A DNA stretch of 64,000 nucleotides from an uncultured Candidatus Entotheonella sp. Lineage in GTDB: Bacteria; Tectomicrobia; Entotheonellia; Entotheonellales; Entotheonellaceae. The notes beneath the pieces were generated by a model. The model was not told where the DNA came from. It ran no database searches and saw only the letters and a program-made list of their open reading frames with translations. The position numbers and the translations under genes are program-made. Shown one piece after another: positions 10,226 through 20,182 of the stretch (positions are counted from its first letter, which is position 1; every line of letters starts with the position of its first letter). The stretch is taken from NCBI GenBank assembly GCA_965215335.1, contig CBDCDA010000002.1, positions 576,001 to 640,000 on the forward strand, written 5' to 3'.

Positions 10226-11245
10226 TCACGCCGTAAGGGCGTCGTACGGGTTGGCTTTCAGGTCCCGAGCAAGCGTCTCCTGGTGGCTCAGCCACGCCGT
10301 GAAATTGGCGCACATGGCGGTGTAATGCTCGGCGTTGTCGATGTCCAGCGTACAGCCGCCGTACGGGGTCGTCACGATGGCAAAGCGGGTGCTCAGGAGT
10401 TGCGAAAGAAGGCTGCTCACAACCGGCAACTCCATGAAGAAAGGCCGGGCAAGCCTGAAATCCTGCAAACGGTAGCGGGCCAGCAGGCGTGCTGCGTGCA
10501 GGCGCAGGAACGCGCCGACGAATCGCACAGAGCCGCGCTGCCTGCCGATCAGTTCCCAGCACAGCTTCAGGATATTGCGCCATTCCTTTTGATAGCGGTA
10601 CTCGTATATCTTCTCGATGTAAAAGCGATTGCCCAGCCGGAAGGGCTTCACGAGGTGGAGGTTGTTCTGTCGGATTTGCAGGTCGCGCAGGGCGAAATAC
10701 GCCATATGGATGCCCGGACGACCATTCTGTGGACAATAGGCCCGTAGCACCGGCTCAGCCGTGACGCCCAGGAAATAGTCGTACCGGGCCAGGTCGCAGC
10801 CCGCGACGAACGCTTCGATCTCCTGCGGTGTCGCTAACGGGATGTCGCCCGACAGGAAGAGGGCAGCCCTGTCGGCCTCGGGCCCGCTCAGATAGACCTG
10901 CCAGCCGATTTCGGGCGCATAGTCCGGCAGAGTGTGCAGGAAACCTTGCCAGACGTTTTCGTAGAAGGTGTGGTATTGCTCAAGCAGGTACAGGGGGCGT
11001 TTGCCCTGGAACGGGCTCCGGGGGCTGGCGAGGGCCTCCTCAAGCTGCGCGGTATCGCCAATAACGAAGATGCGGTCGGTACAGCGGGCGCGTTCGACAG
11101 CACTGAGAACGTGCGTAATGACCGGCGCACCGGCCACGGGGAGCAGGATTTTGTTGGTGCCCAGAATCGGGCGACTCGCCCGGCGGTTTCCCGCCGCGAC
11201 AATCACATCGAAACGCTGAGGCGTCGGCAACATGGTTGGCTTCAT
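10226..11245 (-). CDS. MobA-like NTP-transferase domain protein
   Basis: IVAAG.R.SR...NK.LL, SGDIP, LDIDN nucleotidyltransferase motifs; start estimated. Confidence 0.7.
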   Translation of the reverse strand: MKPTMLPTPQRFDVIVAAGNRRASRPILGTNKILLPVAGAPVITHVLSAVERARCTDRIFVIGDTAQLEEALASPRSPFQGKRPLYLLEQYHTFYENVWQGFLHTLPDYAPEIGWQVYLSGPEADRAALFLSGDIPLATPQEIEAFVAGCDLARYDYFLGVTAEPVLRAYCPQNGRPGIHMAYFALRDLQIRQNNLHLVKPFRLGNRFYIEKIYEYRYQKEWRNILKLCWELIGRQRGSVRFVGAFLRLHAARLLARYRLQDFRLARPFFMELPVVSSLLSQLLSTRFAIVTTPYGGCTLDIDNAEHYTAMCANFTAWLSHQETLARDLKANPYDALTA

Positions 11246-11399
11246 TTCCGATGACGGCTTCCGAATCGAGCCGCGTACTATACGGGCTCGCCCTCGCAAG
11301 ATCAATCGCCCCCGTGCCGTGCGGGTTTGTCGGGACGCGACGCCGCTGCTAGAATGCTGTCGCTTTGTGATTCCCGAATGGCCCGAATTGAGGAGACAC

Positions 11400-11843
11400 A
11401 TGACGGTGCAACGTTTCTGGTCCAAGCTGTGCGGTGTCGTGGCACTGGCATGCATAATGGCGGGGTGCGGCGTGCAGGCGTCCTACATGAAGGGCTGGGA
11501 CCCCGTGGAGAACATCACGAATCGCTGGACGAGCGGCACCCTTGATGCCGACAAGCTGTCTGAAGATGAGCGCAGCGGGTTCGAGGAATTCGGCACACCG
11601 GACGCGGTGCGCTTTTTTCGCGACGTGGAGACCCGCAAACCCGTTTACGAGTGGATATACATGGAACCGTTCCGCACCGTGTGGTTCATGGAAGGCGCAC
11701 AGGTGGACTACGTCATGGTCGATACCAACGCGTCGAGGCAAACCACCACGGCGCGTGAGGCGCTGGCCAGAAAGCTGAGGACGGGTGGGATATTGGCGGG
11801 GACCATCGGCAGCGTGGCGATGGGAACGCTCTCGCTCCGCTGA
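11400..11843 (+). CDS. Hypothetical lipoprotein
   Basis: AGGAG RBS; signal peptide ending in lipobox-like MAGC. Confidence 0.6.
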   Translation: MTVQRFWSKLCGVVALACIMAGCGVQASYMKGWDPVENITNRWTSGTLDADKLSEDERSGFEEFGTPDAVRFFRDVETRKPVYEWIYMEPFRTVWFMEGAQVDYVMVDTNASRQTTTAREALARKLRTGGILAGTIGSVAMGTLSLR

Positions 11844-11869
11844 CACCGCCTTGCTTCCGTCCGAAAATC

Positions 11870-12655
11870 CTACCAACGTCCGCGTGCCCGTTCTTTTCCC
11901 GGCAGCACTTCCAGGCAGGTCGTCCACCAGCCGGAGCGGATCGTTTCGACGAACGCCTCGGGCAACTGCTCTCGCCGCATGTCGCGCGCCAGCGCCTCGT
12001 AGTCATAATACACCGGAATGAACGCCACCTGAAGGTCGGGGTCGGCCGTCAGCAGGGTGTACCAGACGTGCGTCTCGCCGTCGTTCTCCGGGCGTCCGAT
12101 GACGCCGACGTTCACGGCGTGCCGGTCGTCCGGCAGGCGGCGATGCCACTTGATCCCCGTATGGGTGCACAGCAGAACGTCCGCTTCATAGTCGCCGCAC
12201 AGCCTGCCGAGGAAGCCGTCCGGCGTCGTGCTCTCCCACAGAAACTCGTTCACCTGCCGCGGTGAGCCGTGGCACATGTGCAGCCGGTAATTCCCCAATT
12301 GCACGCGCAGTACGTCCGGCAGGGTGCGCAGCCAGCGCTTGTTTTCCTCCGAGGTGCGCCGGAAGGTGTATGCGTAGCTCAGCGCCGCGTAGTAGTTGTC
12401 GCGCGGGTCGGTGTAGCCGCAGCCGCAATCCTGCAGCCCATCGGCCAGCGAGACGTCGTAGTTGCCGCGCATGACCTGCACCCCGGCTTCCCGCAGCAAC
12501 GGATAAACGCGGTCCGGGTAGGGACCGAAACCGCCCAGGTCGCCGAGGCAGAACAGCGCCTCGGCTTGGCGTCGGCGGGCATCCTCCAAGGTGGCGGCCA
12601 GGGCCTCATAGTTGCTGTACACCCCGCCAAAGATGGCGATGCGGCGATAAAGCAT
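11870..12655 (-). CDS. Metallophosphoesterase family protein (divergent)
   Basis: LGDL.G.GP, RGNYD, HGSP, THTG, VNVG..G.P. Confidence 0.85.
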   Translation of the reverse strand: MLYRRIAIFGGVYSNYEALAATLEDARRRQAEALFCLGDLGGFGPYPDRVYPLLREAGVQVMRGNYDVSLADGLQDCGCGYTDPRDNYYAALSYAYTFRRTSEENKRWLRTLPDVLRVQLGNYRLHMCHGSPRQVNEFLWESTTPDGFLGRLCGDYEADVLLCTHTGIKWHRRLPDDRHAVNVGVIGRPENDGETHVWYTLLTADPDLQVAFIPVYYDYEALARDMRREQLPEAFVETIRSGWWTTCLEVLPGKERARGRW

Positions 12656-12663
12656 GTTACCCC

Positions 12664-13551
12664 TCAGTAGTTGCTGCACGTCATGCCGGTGACGTAGCAG
12701 GTATGGCAGGCCGTATGGTAGAGCGAGCAGGGCTGCATGGCCTCACCGAGTGAATTCTCCGACAGGCGGGCTTCAGCCTCCCCCACCAGCAGTGGGCAGG
12801 CGTAGACGCCCCCATCGGCGACGATGCGGGATTTGGTGCACTGCAACGTGGTGACGTCGAAGCCGTGCATCATGCCGGGGGTGACGTAAGCGGCTCCCGT
12901 CTCCGAGGGGCGCAGCTTGCCCATGGCGAACACGGGGATGACCTTCAGGCGCGGCTTTTCGATACCGTTGTCCAGCAAGAAATCCCGAAATTTCTGGTAA
13001 AAGCCGCTGCCGCCGCCCGGCTCCTGCGGTGTCGCCGCCTGAGCCTCGTAGAAGTATTCCGTTACCGCCACGATGGGCGGCAGCCCCCACTCCTGCAACA
13101 GCCGCAACGCCCGCAGCGCCCGCCGCAAGGCCCCCTTGCCGCGCACGGCGTCGTTCCGCGCCTCGTCCACGTCGTCCAGACTGATCCGCATCTCCAGGGA
13201 ATAACGCGATTGGGCAGACAGTGCCGCCAGCGCCTCGGCGACGGCCGGGGTGATCAGCGTGCCATTGGTCAGCACCGACGTGGCGGCTACCTGTAGCGAG
13301 CGCGCCAGGATGGGCATGATCTGTTTGTGCAGAAACGGTTCGCCGCCGGTAAAGTACACCTCGCGCACGCCGTGCGTCTCCGCTTCGTCGAGGTATCGGT
13401 ACACGGTTTCCGACGCCACGAACTCGAGCGCGTGATTGGTTGGGCTGCAGGATATGAAGCAATGGCTGCACGCCAGGTTGCACAGCGTCCCGGTCAGTTG
13501 GAACCACAGGGCGTGCAGGTGATGGAAGGGGGCTTGGGGTATGGTCTGCAT
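12664..13551 (-). CDS. Radical SAM protein with Cys-rich C-terminus
   Basis: CNLACSHC, FTGGEPF, LTNG; C-terminus CHTCYVTGMTC. Confidence 0.9.
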   Translation of the reverse strand: MQTIPQAPFHHLHALWFQLTGTLCNLACSHCFISCSPTNHALEFVASETVYRYLDEAETHGVREVYFTGGEPFLHKQIMPILARSLQVAATSVLTNGTLITPAVAEALAALSAQSRYSLEMRISLDDVDEARNDAVRGKGALRRALRALRLLQEWGLPPIVAVTEYFYEAQAATPQEPGGGSGFYQKFRDFLLDNGIEKPRLKVIPVFAMGKLRPSETGAAYVTPGMMHGFDVTTLQCTKSRIVADGGVYACPLLVGEAEARLSENSLGEAMQPCSLYHTACHTCYVTGMTCSNY

Positions 13552-13693
13552 GAAGAGGGTTCCCTGAGCCAAGAGGCTCTCGTGTTGCCCGTATCGGGAA
13601 TACAGATGTCGGCGGCGATTGTATCAGGCACCCATATTTGCGACAATGACCCCTGTTGTGTCGACCTGCAAACCGCCGGATGAGGGCTTTGGC

Positions 13694-14593
13694 GTGAACC
13701 CCGATGTGCAGCAGGCGCTGGCGTACTGCCGTCGGGTGGCCCGCCGGCAAGCCAGGAATTTTTATTACGCCTTTCTGTTTCTGCCCGCCGACAAGCGTGC
13801 GGCCGTCTACAGCGTTTATGCCTTCTGTCGCCACAGCGACGACATCTCCGACGAGCCCGGCGCCCTCCACGACAAGCGAGATCAGCTACGGGCTTGGCGC
13901 GACGAGCTGGAAAATTGCTACAACGGCAAGCCGACGCGCCTCGTCACGCGCGCGCTCCGGCACACCATCGAGCGGTATCCCATCCCGCAGCGCTACTTCG
14001 AAGAGCTGCTGCAGGGCGTCGAGATGGACCTGACCGTGCAGCGTTATGCCTCGTTCGACGACCTGCGGGTCTATTGCTACCGGGTGGCCTCGGCGGTCGG
14101 CCTGGCCTGTCTGGAGATTTTCGGCTATGCCCATCCCGGCGTCCGGACGTATGCCCGTCATCTTGGCATCGCCTTGCAACTCACCAACATCCTGCGCGAC
14201 GTCCGGGAAGACGCCGAGCGCGGCCGTATTTACCTGCCCCAGGAAGATTTACGGGCCTTTGGCGTCCGCGAGGACGATGTGCTGCAGAAGCGTTACACGG
14301 CGGCATTTGCTTCGCTGATGCAGTTTCAGCAGGCGCGCATCCTGAACTACCACCGCCGCGCCGCCGCCTGCCTGCTGCCAGGCGACCGGGCCGGTCTGAT
14401 GGCGCCGGAAATCATGGCCGCCATTTACCGGGCGACGCTTCACAAGATGCGACGCCGGCGCTTCAACGTCTTTCACGGCCGCACGCGCCTGTCGGGTCTG
14501 CACAAAATGGCCATTGGCTTGGGAACGTTCGCAGCGCTCTGGAGCCGCGACGGGTGGCCGGGACAACGCCAGGCGTCAGCCGGCAACGGATAA
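13694..14593 (+). CDS. hpnD: Presqualene diphosphate/phytoene synthase (HpnD/CrtB-like)
   Basis: YAFCRHSDDISD, YCYRVASAVG, LQLTNILRDVRED..RGRIYLP; start estimated. Confidence 0.8.
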   Translation: MNPDVQQALAYCRRVARRQARNFYYAFLFLPADKRAAVYSVYAFCRHSDDISDEPGALHDKRDQLRAWRDELENCYNGKPTRLVTRALRHTIERYPIPQRYFEELLQGVEMDLTVQRYASFDDLRVYCYRVASAVGLACLEIFGYAHPGVRTYARHLGIALQLTNILRDVREDAERGRIYLPQEDLRAFGVREDDVLQKRYTAAFASLMQFQQARILNYHRRAAACLLPGDRAGLMAPEIMAAIYRATLHKMRRRRFNVFHGRTRLSGLHKMAIGLGTFAALWSRDGWPGQRQASAGNG

Positions 14594-14631
14594 GGCGAAC
14601 ACTGTTGAAAAACCATCACCCCAACGGTTCC

Positions 14632-15675
14632 ATGCAGGCGGCGGTGCTTTATGGACCGAGCCGGGTTGCCGTCGAAACGCTGCCCATCCCGGATATTGGC
14701 CCGGGCGACGTGCTGGTTCGCGTTGCCGCCGCAACCACCTGCGGCACCGATCTGAAGGTGTATCTACAGGGCCGCCACGCGCGGATGCTGACGCCGCCAT
14801 CGGTCTTCGGACACGAATTCAGCGGCACGGTGGCGGCTGTGGGAAGCCAGGTGCGGGGCTTCGAGCCCGATATGCGGGTGGTCTCCAACAATTCGGCGCC
14901 GTGTGGGCGCTGTTACTACTGCGCGCGCCGCCAGCCAAACCTGTGCGACGATCTGGTGTTCATCAACGGCGCCTACGCCGAATACATGGCGGTGCCGGAG
15001 CGCATTGTGCGCACCAACCTGCTGCGCCTTCCTGACGGCCTCCCCTTCCCGGTAGCGTGCATCACCGAGCCGCTGGCATGCGTGCTGCACTGCCTGGACT
15101 TGGCGATTTTTGCGGCCGGAGACACCGTGGTGGTGAACGGCGACGGTCCCAGCGGTCTGATGCTGGCGGCCATGGCCAAGCGGCGCGGCGCGCGGGTGAT
15201 TCTGTGCGGTCGGGCATCTCAACGCCTGCGGGTAGCGCAGCAATTCGGTGTCGAATGGCTGATCAACTACGCGGAAGTGCCCGACCAAGTCGAGGCGGTG
15301 CGCGCCCTGACGGAAGACGGCCGCGGCGTGGAAGTCGCCATCGAGGCGGTGGGACACCCCGACGTCTGGGAAACTACCACGGCGATGGTCCGCAAGGGCG
15401 GCCAGGCTATTTTTTACGGCGGCCCGCCGGGCGGCACTAGCATTCGTTTGGATGCCCCGGCCCTGCACTATGACCAGATTACCTTGCAAGGCGTGTTCCA
15501 CAACACCCCCGCGCACGTCGCACAGGCCCTGGAAATCCTGGCGGACCCGATGCTGCCTTGGGCGTCGTTATTGAGCACGACACTGCCACTGGCCCGCCTC
15601 CCCGAGGCCTTCGAGCTGATGATGGCCCGTAAAGCGCTCAAGGTGGTCATCTTGCCGACATCGCAGCCGGATTGA
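14632..15675 (+). CDS. Zinc-binding (medium-chain) alcohol dehydrogenase
   Basis: CGTD, GHE..G, CxxCxxC...C structural Zn site, EPLAC. Confidence 0.92.
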   Translation: MQAAVLYGPSRVAVETLPIPDIGPGDVLVRVAAATTCGTDLKVYLQGRHARMLTPPSVFGHEFSGTVAAVGSQVRGFEPDMRVVSNNSAPCGRCYYCARRQPNLCDDLVFINGAYAEYMAVPERIVRTNLLRLPDGLPFPVACITEPLACVLHCLDLAIFAAGDTVVVNGDGPSGLMLAAMAKRRGARVILCGRASQRLRVAQQFGVEWLINYAEVPDQVEAVRALTEDGRGVEVAIEAVGHPDVWETTTAMVRKGGQAIFYGGPPGGTSIRLDAPALHYDQITLQGVFHNTPAHVAQALEILADPMLPWASLLSTTLPLARLPEAFELMMARKALKVVILPTSQPD

Positions 15676-15812
15676 CCCTGCCCGCTCAATCCGCCCTGTT
15701 GTTTGAGTCAAGCCACTTGACTTTATCGGCAGGAACTCAGATTCTTGAAGAAGTTTCCGCTTGCTCGGCGAATGCTTGCGTGGTGCAACCCCAAGAAAGG
15801 AGGCAAGGCACA

Positions 15813-16124
15813 GTGACGAAGGCCGAATTTATTGATCAGATAGTCGAGGCATCGGGGGTGAACCTCAGCAAGAAAGACGCTGCCGGGGTCCTTGATACCA
15901 TTTTTAACGTAATCGGCGAGACGATAAAGGATGAAAAGCGCTTCTCCTATCCGGGATTCGGCACGTTTACGGTCAAGGAGCGGTCAGCCCGCAAGGGCCG
16001 CAACCCGCGCACGGGCGATGCGATCGACATCAAAGCCAGCAAGACCGTCGGTTTCAAGCCCGCCCCCGGTCTCAAACAAAGCCTGGCCCCTCCCGCGAGG
16101 CGGCGCAAACTCCGAAACACCTGA
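15813..16124 (+). CDS. hup: HU family DNA-binding protein
   Basis: GFGTF.V.ER.ARKGRNPRTG..I.I.ASK.V.FKP. Confidence 0.95.
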   Translation: MTKAEFIDQIVEASGVNLSKKDAAGVLDTIFNVIGETIKDEKRFSYPGFGTFTVKERSARKGRNPRTGDAIDIKASKTVGFKPAPGLKQSLAPPARRRKLRNT

Positions 16125-16137
16125 CACCAGATCATTC

Positions 16138-16150
16138 GGGGGGGGGGGGG
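16138..16150. repeat. G13 homopolymer between convergent hup and ggt
   Basis: 13 consecutive G. Confidence 0.9.
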
Positions 16151-16197
16151 CGAGGGCATCGGCCAATGTCCAACAAGACCAAACTCACCGCCCCCGA

Positions 16198-17817
16198 TCA
16201 ATACCCCAGAGCGCACCCGTCTTTCCGGTAATCGCTCCCACCTTGCAGTACGCCTCGTTCGTGATCGATCATAATGGCCTGCCCGCCGCCGTAGGATACA
16301 TTTTGCGCGCCACGCGGCCATAACTCGTGTCCCGTGAAGCCCAACTCGTCCCGCACCGCCTGCGGGATGGCGTATTCCAGCGCCACCTCGCAGCCGCCCA
16401 TGATGCGGTAACGCGGCGCCTCCAGAGCCTCCTGTACGTTCATGCCGAAATCGATACTGTTGAGGGCGACCTGCACGTGGCCCTGCGCCTGCATGTGGCT
16501 GCCCATGACGCCGTAGCACAGCCATGGTTTGCCATCGCGCAGAATCATCGCTGGGATGATGGTGTGAAAGGGACGCTTGCCCGGCTGCAGCGCGTTCGGA
16601 TGGCTGGGGTCGGCAACGAAACCGGCGCCGCGATTTTGCAGGCAAATGCCCGTATCGCCCGCCACGATGCCGGAACCGAACCCCTGAAACAGGCTGTGGA
16701 TCAGCGAGACGGCGTTGCGTTCGGCGTCCACACACGAGACGTACACCGTGTCGCCGAAAGCCGCCGGCGTGCCGGGGGCAAAATCGCTGGCGCGGCCGGG
16801 GTTGATTTCATGGCGACGGGCGGCGGCGTAGGCTTTGGACAACAGGCCCGCCACTGGCACGCTCGCAAAGGCGGGGTCGGCAATGTAGCGGTTGCGGTCC
16901 GCAAAAGCCTGCTTGGTAGCCTCGATGAGCAGGTGGTAATACGGGGCCGAGCCGTATTCGTGAGCCGCGAGGTCAAACCCTTCGAGCACGTTGAGGGCCA
17001 TCAGGGCGGTGATCCCCTGGCCGTTGGGCGGCAGTTCCAGGACGGTGTGGCCGCGGTAGTCGGTGCCGATGGGTTCTACCCATTCGGTGGTGTGGGTAGC
17101 GAAGTCCTGCATGTCGAAGAAGCCGCCCTCGTTCTGCGAGAAGGCCACGATGCGCTTGGCGATGTCGCCGCGATAGAAGGCGTCACGTCCTTCGGCAGCG
17201 AGAATCCGCAGCGTCTCCGCGAGCTGGGGCTGCCGATGCACGTCGCCGGCTCGCGGTGCCTTGCCGGCGACCAAATACGTCTGGGCGCTAGCGGGATATT
17301 GGGACAGCAGCGGCGCGTCATGCTGCCATTGCTGGGCGATGACCTCGCTCACCGGGAAGCCGTCGCAGGCATACATGAGGGCGGGCTCGACAATTTCCGC
17401 GAAGCTGAGCCTGCCGTGCCGCTCCAGGACCCCCGCAAAGGCGTCGATGGCCCCGGGAACCGTGATCGACCCCCAGCCCTTCGACGGCACGCCCTCGATG
17501 CCCCGCTGCCGCAACGCTTCCAGGGTCAGGCGCCCGGGACAGCGCCCGCTGCCGTTGACCCCGTAGATGCGTTGGTCGGCGGCCCGGTAGTAGAGCAGGA
17601 AGGCGTCCCCGCCGATGCCGGTGGACATTGGTTCCACCACCCCCAGCGTCAGCGCCGTGGCAATGGCGGCATCCAGCGCGTTGCCGCCCTTCTTCAAGAT
17701 GGACAATCCGGCCTCGCTGGCCAGCGGCTGGCTCGTGGCCACCATGCCGTTACGCGTCATGACGACCGAACGCCGGGCCGCAAAGCCGTCGCGCTCAAGC
17801 CGACTGGTTTCAAACAT
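16198..17817 (-). CDS. ggt: Gamma-glutamyltransferase
   Basis: GGNALDAA, GIGGD, PPNGQG, DTVYV (nucleophile Thr), PGKRPFHTIIP, RKDG. Confidence 0.95.
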   Translation of the reverse strand: MFETSRLERDGFAARRSVVMTRNGMVATSQPLASEAGLSILKKGGNALDAAIATALTLGVVEPMSTGIGGDAFLLYYRAADQRIYGVNGSGRCPGRLTLEALRQRGIEGVPSKGWGSITVPGAIDAFAGVLERHGRLSFAEIVEPALMYACDGFPVSEVIAQQWQHDAPLLSQYPASAQTYLVAGKAPRAGDVHRQPQLAETLRILAAEGRDAFYRGDIAKRIVAFSQNEGGFFDMQDFATHTTEWVEPIGTDYRGHTVLELPPNGQGITALMALNVLEGFDLAAHEYGSAPYYHLLIEATKQAFADRNRYIADPAFASVPVAGLLSKAYAAARRHEINPGRASDFAPGTPAAFGDTVYVSCVDAERNAVSLIHSLFQGFGSGIVAGDTGICLQNRGAGFVADPSHPNALQPGKRPFHTIIPAMILRDGKPWLCYGVMGSHMQAQGHVQVALNSIDFGMNVQEALEAPRYRIMGGCEVALEYAIPQAVRDELGFTGHELWPRGAQNVSYGGGQAIMIDHERGVLQGGSDYRKDGCALGY

Positions 17818-18640
17818 GTTTCCCCTCCTGGCGCAAACGATTCCAGATGTCGTCCATCTCTTCCAGCGTCGCGTCCTCGATCCGCCGGCCGCGCCGTGCG
17901 AGTTCCTCCTCGATACCCCGGAAGCGCCGCTCAAACTTGCCGATCGCCTGACGCAAGGCGTCCTCGCCGCTCAGGCGCAGGAAACGCCCGAGGTTGACGA
18001 GACTGAACAGCACATCACCGAACTCTTCCTGGATGGCGACGCCCTCCCCTGCCGAGCAGGCTTCCCGCAATTCGCTGATTTCTTCGACAACCTTGCCCCA
18101 TACGTCATCCATGTGCTGCCAGTCGAACCCCACTGACGACGCTTTTTCCTGCAGGCGCCGCGCCCGATTGAGGGCCGGCAGGGTGCGTGGCACGCCGTCC
18201 AGGATCGACTCTCTCCCCTTTTCCCGCTGCTTCGCCGCCTCCCAGCGTTGCCGAATTACCGTCGTATCCACCGCCGGCTGGTCCCCGAACACGTGCGGAT
18301 GCCGCCTGATCAGCTTGTGAATCACGGTGCGGATGCTGTCGCCGAGCGTAAACCGCCCCGCCTCGCTGGCCAGAGACCCCTGAAAAACAATATGCAACAG
18401 CAAGTCCCCAAGCTCTTCCCGCAACGCCCCCGCATCGTCTGCCGTGACGCTTTCCATCACCTCATGCGTCTCTTCCAGCAGATACGGCAGCAAGCTCTGC
18501 GGGGTTTGCTGCCGGTCCCACGGGCAACCCTGCTCGGACCTCAACCTGTCCACCACGCCCATGAGTTCTAGCAACAACTTCCCGGTCGTGTCCTTCTGGC
18601 TGTCAGCTTTGTCCAACCCAACCTCGTCCGCCCATTTCAT
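17810..18640 (-). CDS. mazG: Nucleoside triphosphate pyrophosphohydrolase MazG
   Basis: GCPWD..QT, EETHE, EELGDLL, RRHPHVF, EEFGD. Confidence 0.96.
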   Translation of the reverse strand: MKWADEVGLDKADSQKDTTGKLLLELMGVVDRLRSEQGCPWDRQQTPQSLLPYLLEETHEVMESVTADDAGALREELGDLLLHIVFQGSLASEAGRFTLGDSIRTVIHKLIRRHPHVFGDQPAVDTTVIRQRWEAAKQREKGRESILDGVPRTLPALNRARRLQEKASSVGFDWQHMDDVWGKVVEEISELREACSAGEGVAIQEEFGDVLFSLVNLGRFLRLSGEDALRQAIGKFERRFRGIEEELARRGRRIEDATLEEMDDIWNRLRQEGKHV

Positions 18641-18757
18641 TTCTTCCTCTTCTCACGTCTGGCCCACTGCATGTTTTTCCGCAACCGCCATGCGGACCGC
18701 ATTCTACCGTTGACCCCGCTCCCGAACAACATTCCAGCGTGGCTGACAACCCGCCGA

Positions 18758-20170
18758 TCATGACACTGGAGCCGCCAGGTCGATGCCGTCGCGGGCCAGG
18801 TCTTCGGCGCGGGCGAGGGTGGCCATGGTGCCGGGCGGGTGGTGGTACCAGCCGGGGTCGTCGCCGGAAATGAGATTGTCGCGCACGCGGACCAGGGTAA
18901 ACATGCCGCCGGCAGTCAGGTATTCGCCGAAGGGACCCGGCTTGCTCTTCATGGGAATGCTGTTGCGCGGCATGGGCATGAGGGAAGCCATGTAGCCCAT
19001 GGCCATGCCGTCGTGGCCCATCGTCATGTAACCGGGCACGAGCGATTGCATACGCTGATCCAGGTCCCCGGGTTGCAGTCCCACCATATTCGGAAAGCCA
19101 TGGCCCATCTGGTTCATGGTGTGGTGCGTCATGTGGCAGTGCAGCGGCCAGTCGCCCGGCGCGTCGGCGATGAACTCCAGGTTACGCGTCTGCCCCACGG
19201 CAACCAGCGCCGAGGTTTCGGGCCACTGAGCCGACAGAGGAATGTCCTCGCCGTCCGTGGCAGCGATACGGAAGTGAAAGCCGTGCAGATGAATGGGATG
19301 GTGGTGCATCTGGCTCAGATTGCCGAGCCGGATGCGCACCCGGTCGCCCGTTCGGCAGACCAGCGGTGCGGTGGCGGGGAAGCACTTGCCGTTCATCGTC
19401 AGGATGTTGAAATCACTCATTTCCAGGGTATTGGGGCGCGAGGTGCCGGGCACCATGGCCCACTCGCTGAGCATGATGGCGAAATCGCGGTCGACCCGAT
19501 ACTGCGGTGCCGGGTTGCGCGGATGAATCACGAACATGCCGATCAGCCCCATGCCCTCCTGCGTCATGGTGTCGTGGTGCGAGTGATACATGAAGGTGCC
19601 GTGCTGCCGCAGGGTCCACTCGTACCGGAACGTCTCGCCGGGTTTGATGCTGGGATGGCTGAGGCCGCTGACCCCGTCCATGCCGTTGGGGAGGTACAGG
19701 CCGTGCCAGTGGACGGAGGTCGGCACCTGCAAGCGGTTGGTGACGTAGATACGCACCCGCTCGCCCTCGACCGCCTCGATGACCGTGCTGTTGACGTGGC
19801 CGCTGTAGCCCCAGCAGGTCGCGCGCAAGTCGTCATCGAAATGATGGGTCAACTCTTGCGCCACGAGGTGGAAGACCTTGACGCCATCCACGATCTTGAA
19901 CGGCAGGGCGGCGCCGTTCGGTATGGTAACGGGCATGTAATGCCGCCCCGGCAAGCCCGGCGGCAGGGATCTTACGTTCACCGGTCCGCCGCTGTAACTG
20001 GCTGCCCAATACGGCCGTTGATCCGCGGCATCGCCACTCGCCCTGCCGGGTTGATACGTCGGCCCGGCGTTGGCCACGCTGTTGCGGGCGCCGCTGACCC
20101 AGGCCGCGGCGCCGCCGAGGATACTGGCCGCCAGGCGCACCAAGTTGCGCCTCGAAAGCCTTGGCATCAC
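18758..20170 (-). CDS. Tat-exported multicopper oxidase
   Basis: SRRNLV Tat signal; VHWHG, YHSH, HPIHLHG, HCHMTHH; Met-rich C-terminus. Confidence 0.93.
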   Translation of the reverse strand: MMPRLSRRNLVRLAASILGGAAAWVSGARNSVANAGPTYQPGRASGDAADQRPYWAASYSGGPVNVRSLPPGLPGRHYMPVTIPNGAALPFKIVDGVKVFHLVAQELTHHFDDDLRATCWGYSGHVNSTVIEAVEGERVRIYVTNRLQVPTSVHWHGLYLPNGMDGVSGLSHPSIKPGETFRYEWTLRQHGTFMYHSHHDTMTQEGMGLIGMFVIHPRNPAPQYRVDRDFAIMLSEWAMVPGTSRPNTLEMSDFNILTMNGKCFPATAPLVCRTGDRVRIRLGNLSQMHHHPIHLHGFHFRIAATDGEDIPLSAQWPETSALVAVGQTRNLEFIADAPGDWPLHCHMTHHTMNQMGHGFPNMVGLQPGDLDQRMQSLVPGYMTMGHDGMAMGYMASLMPMPRNSIPMKSKPGPFGEYLTAGGMFTLVRVRDNLISGDDPGWYHHPPGTMATLARAEDLARDGIDLAAPVS

Positions 20171-20182
20171 GATTTCCTCCCC

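Noticed and set aside
13694..15675. Hopanoid/carotenoid biosynthetic cluster
   Set aside because: Only one synthase plus a generic dehydrogenase; no hpnC, hpnE, shc or crtI nearby
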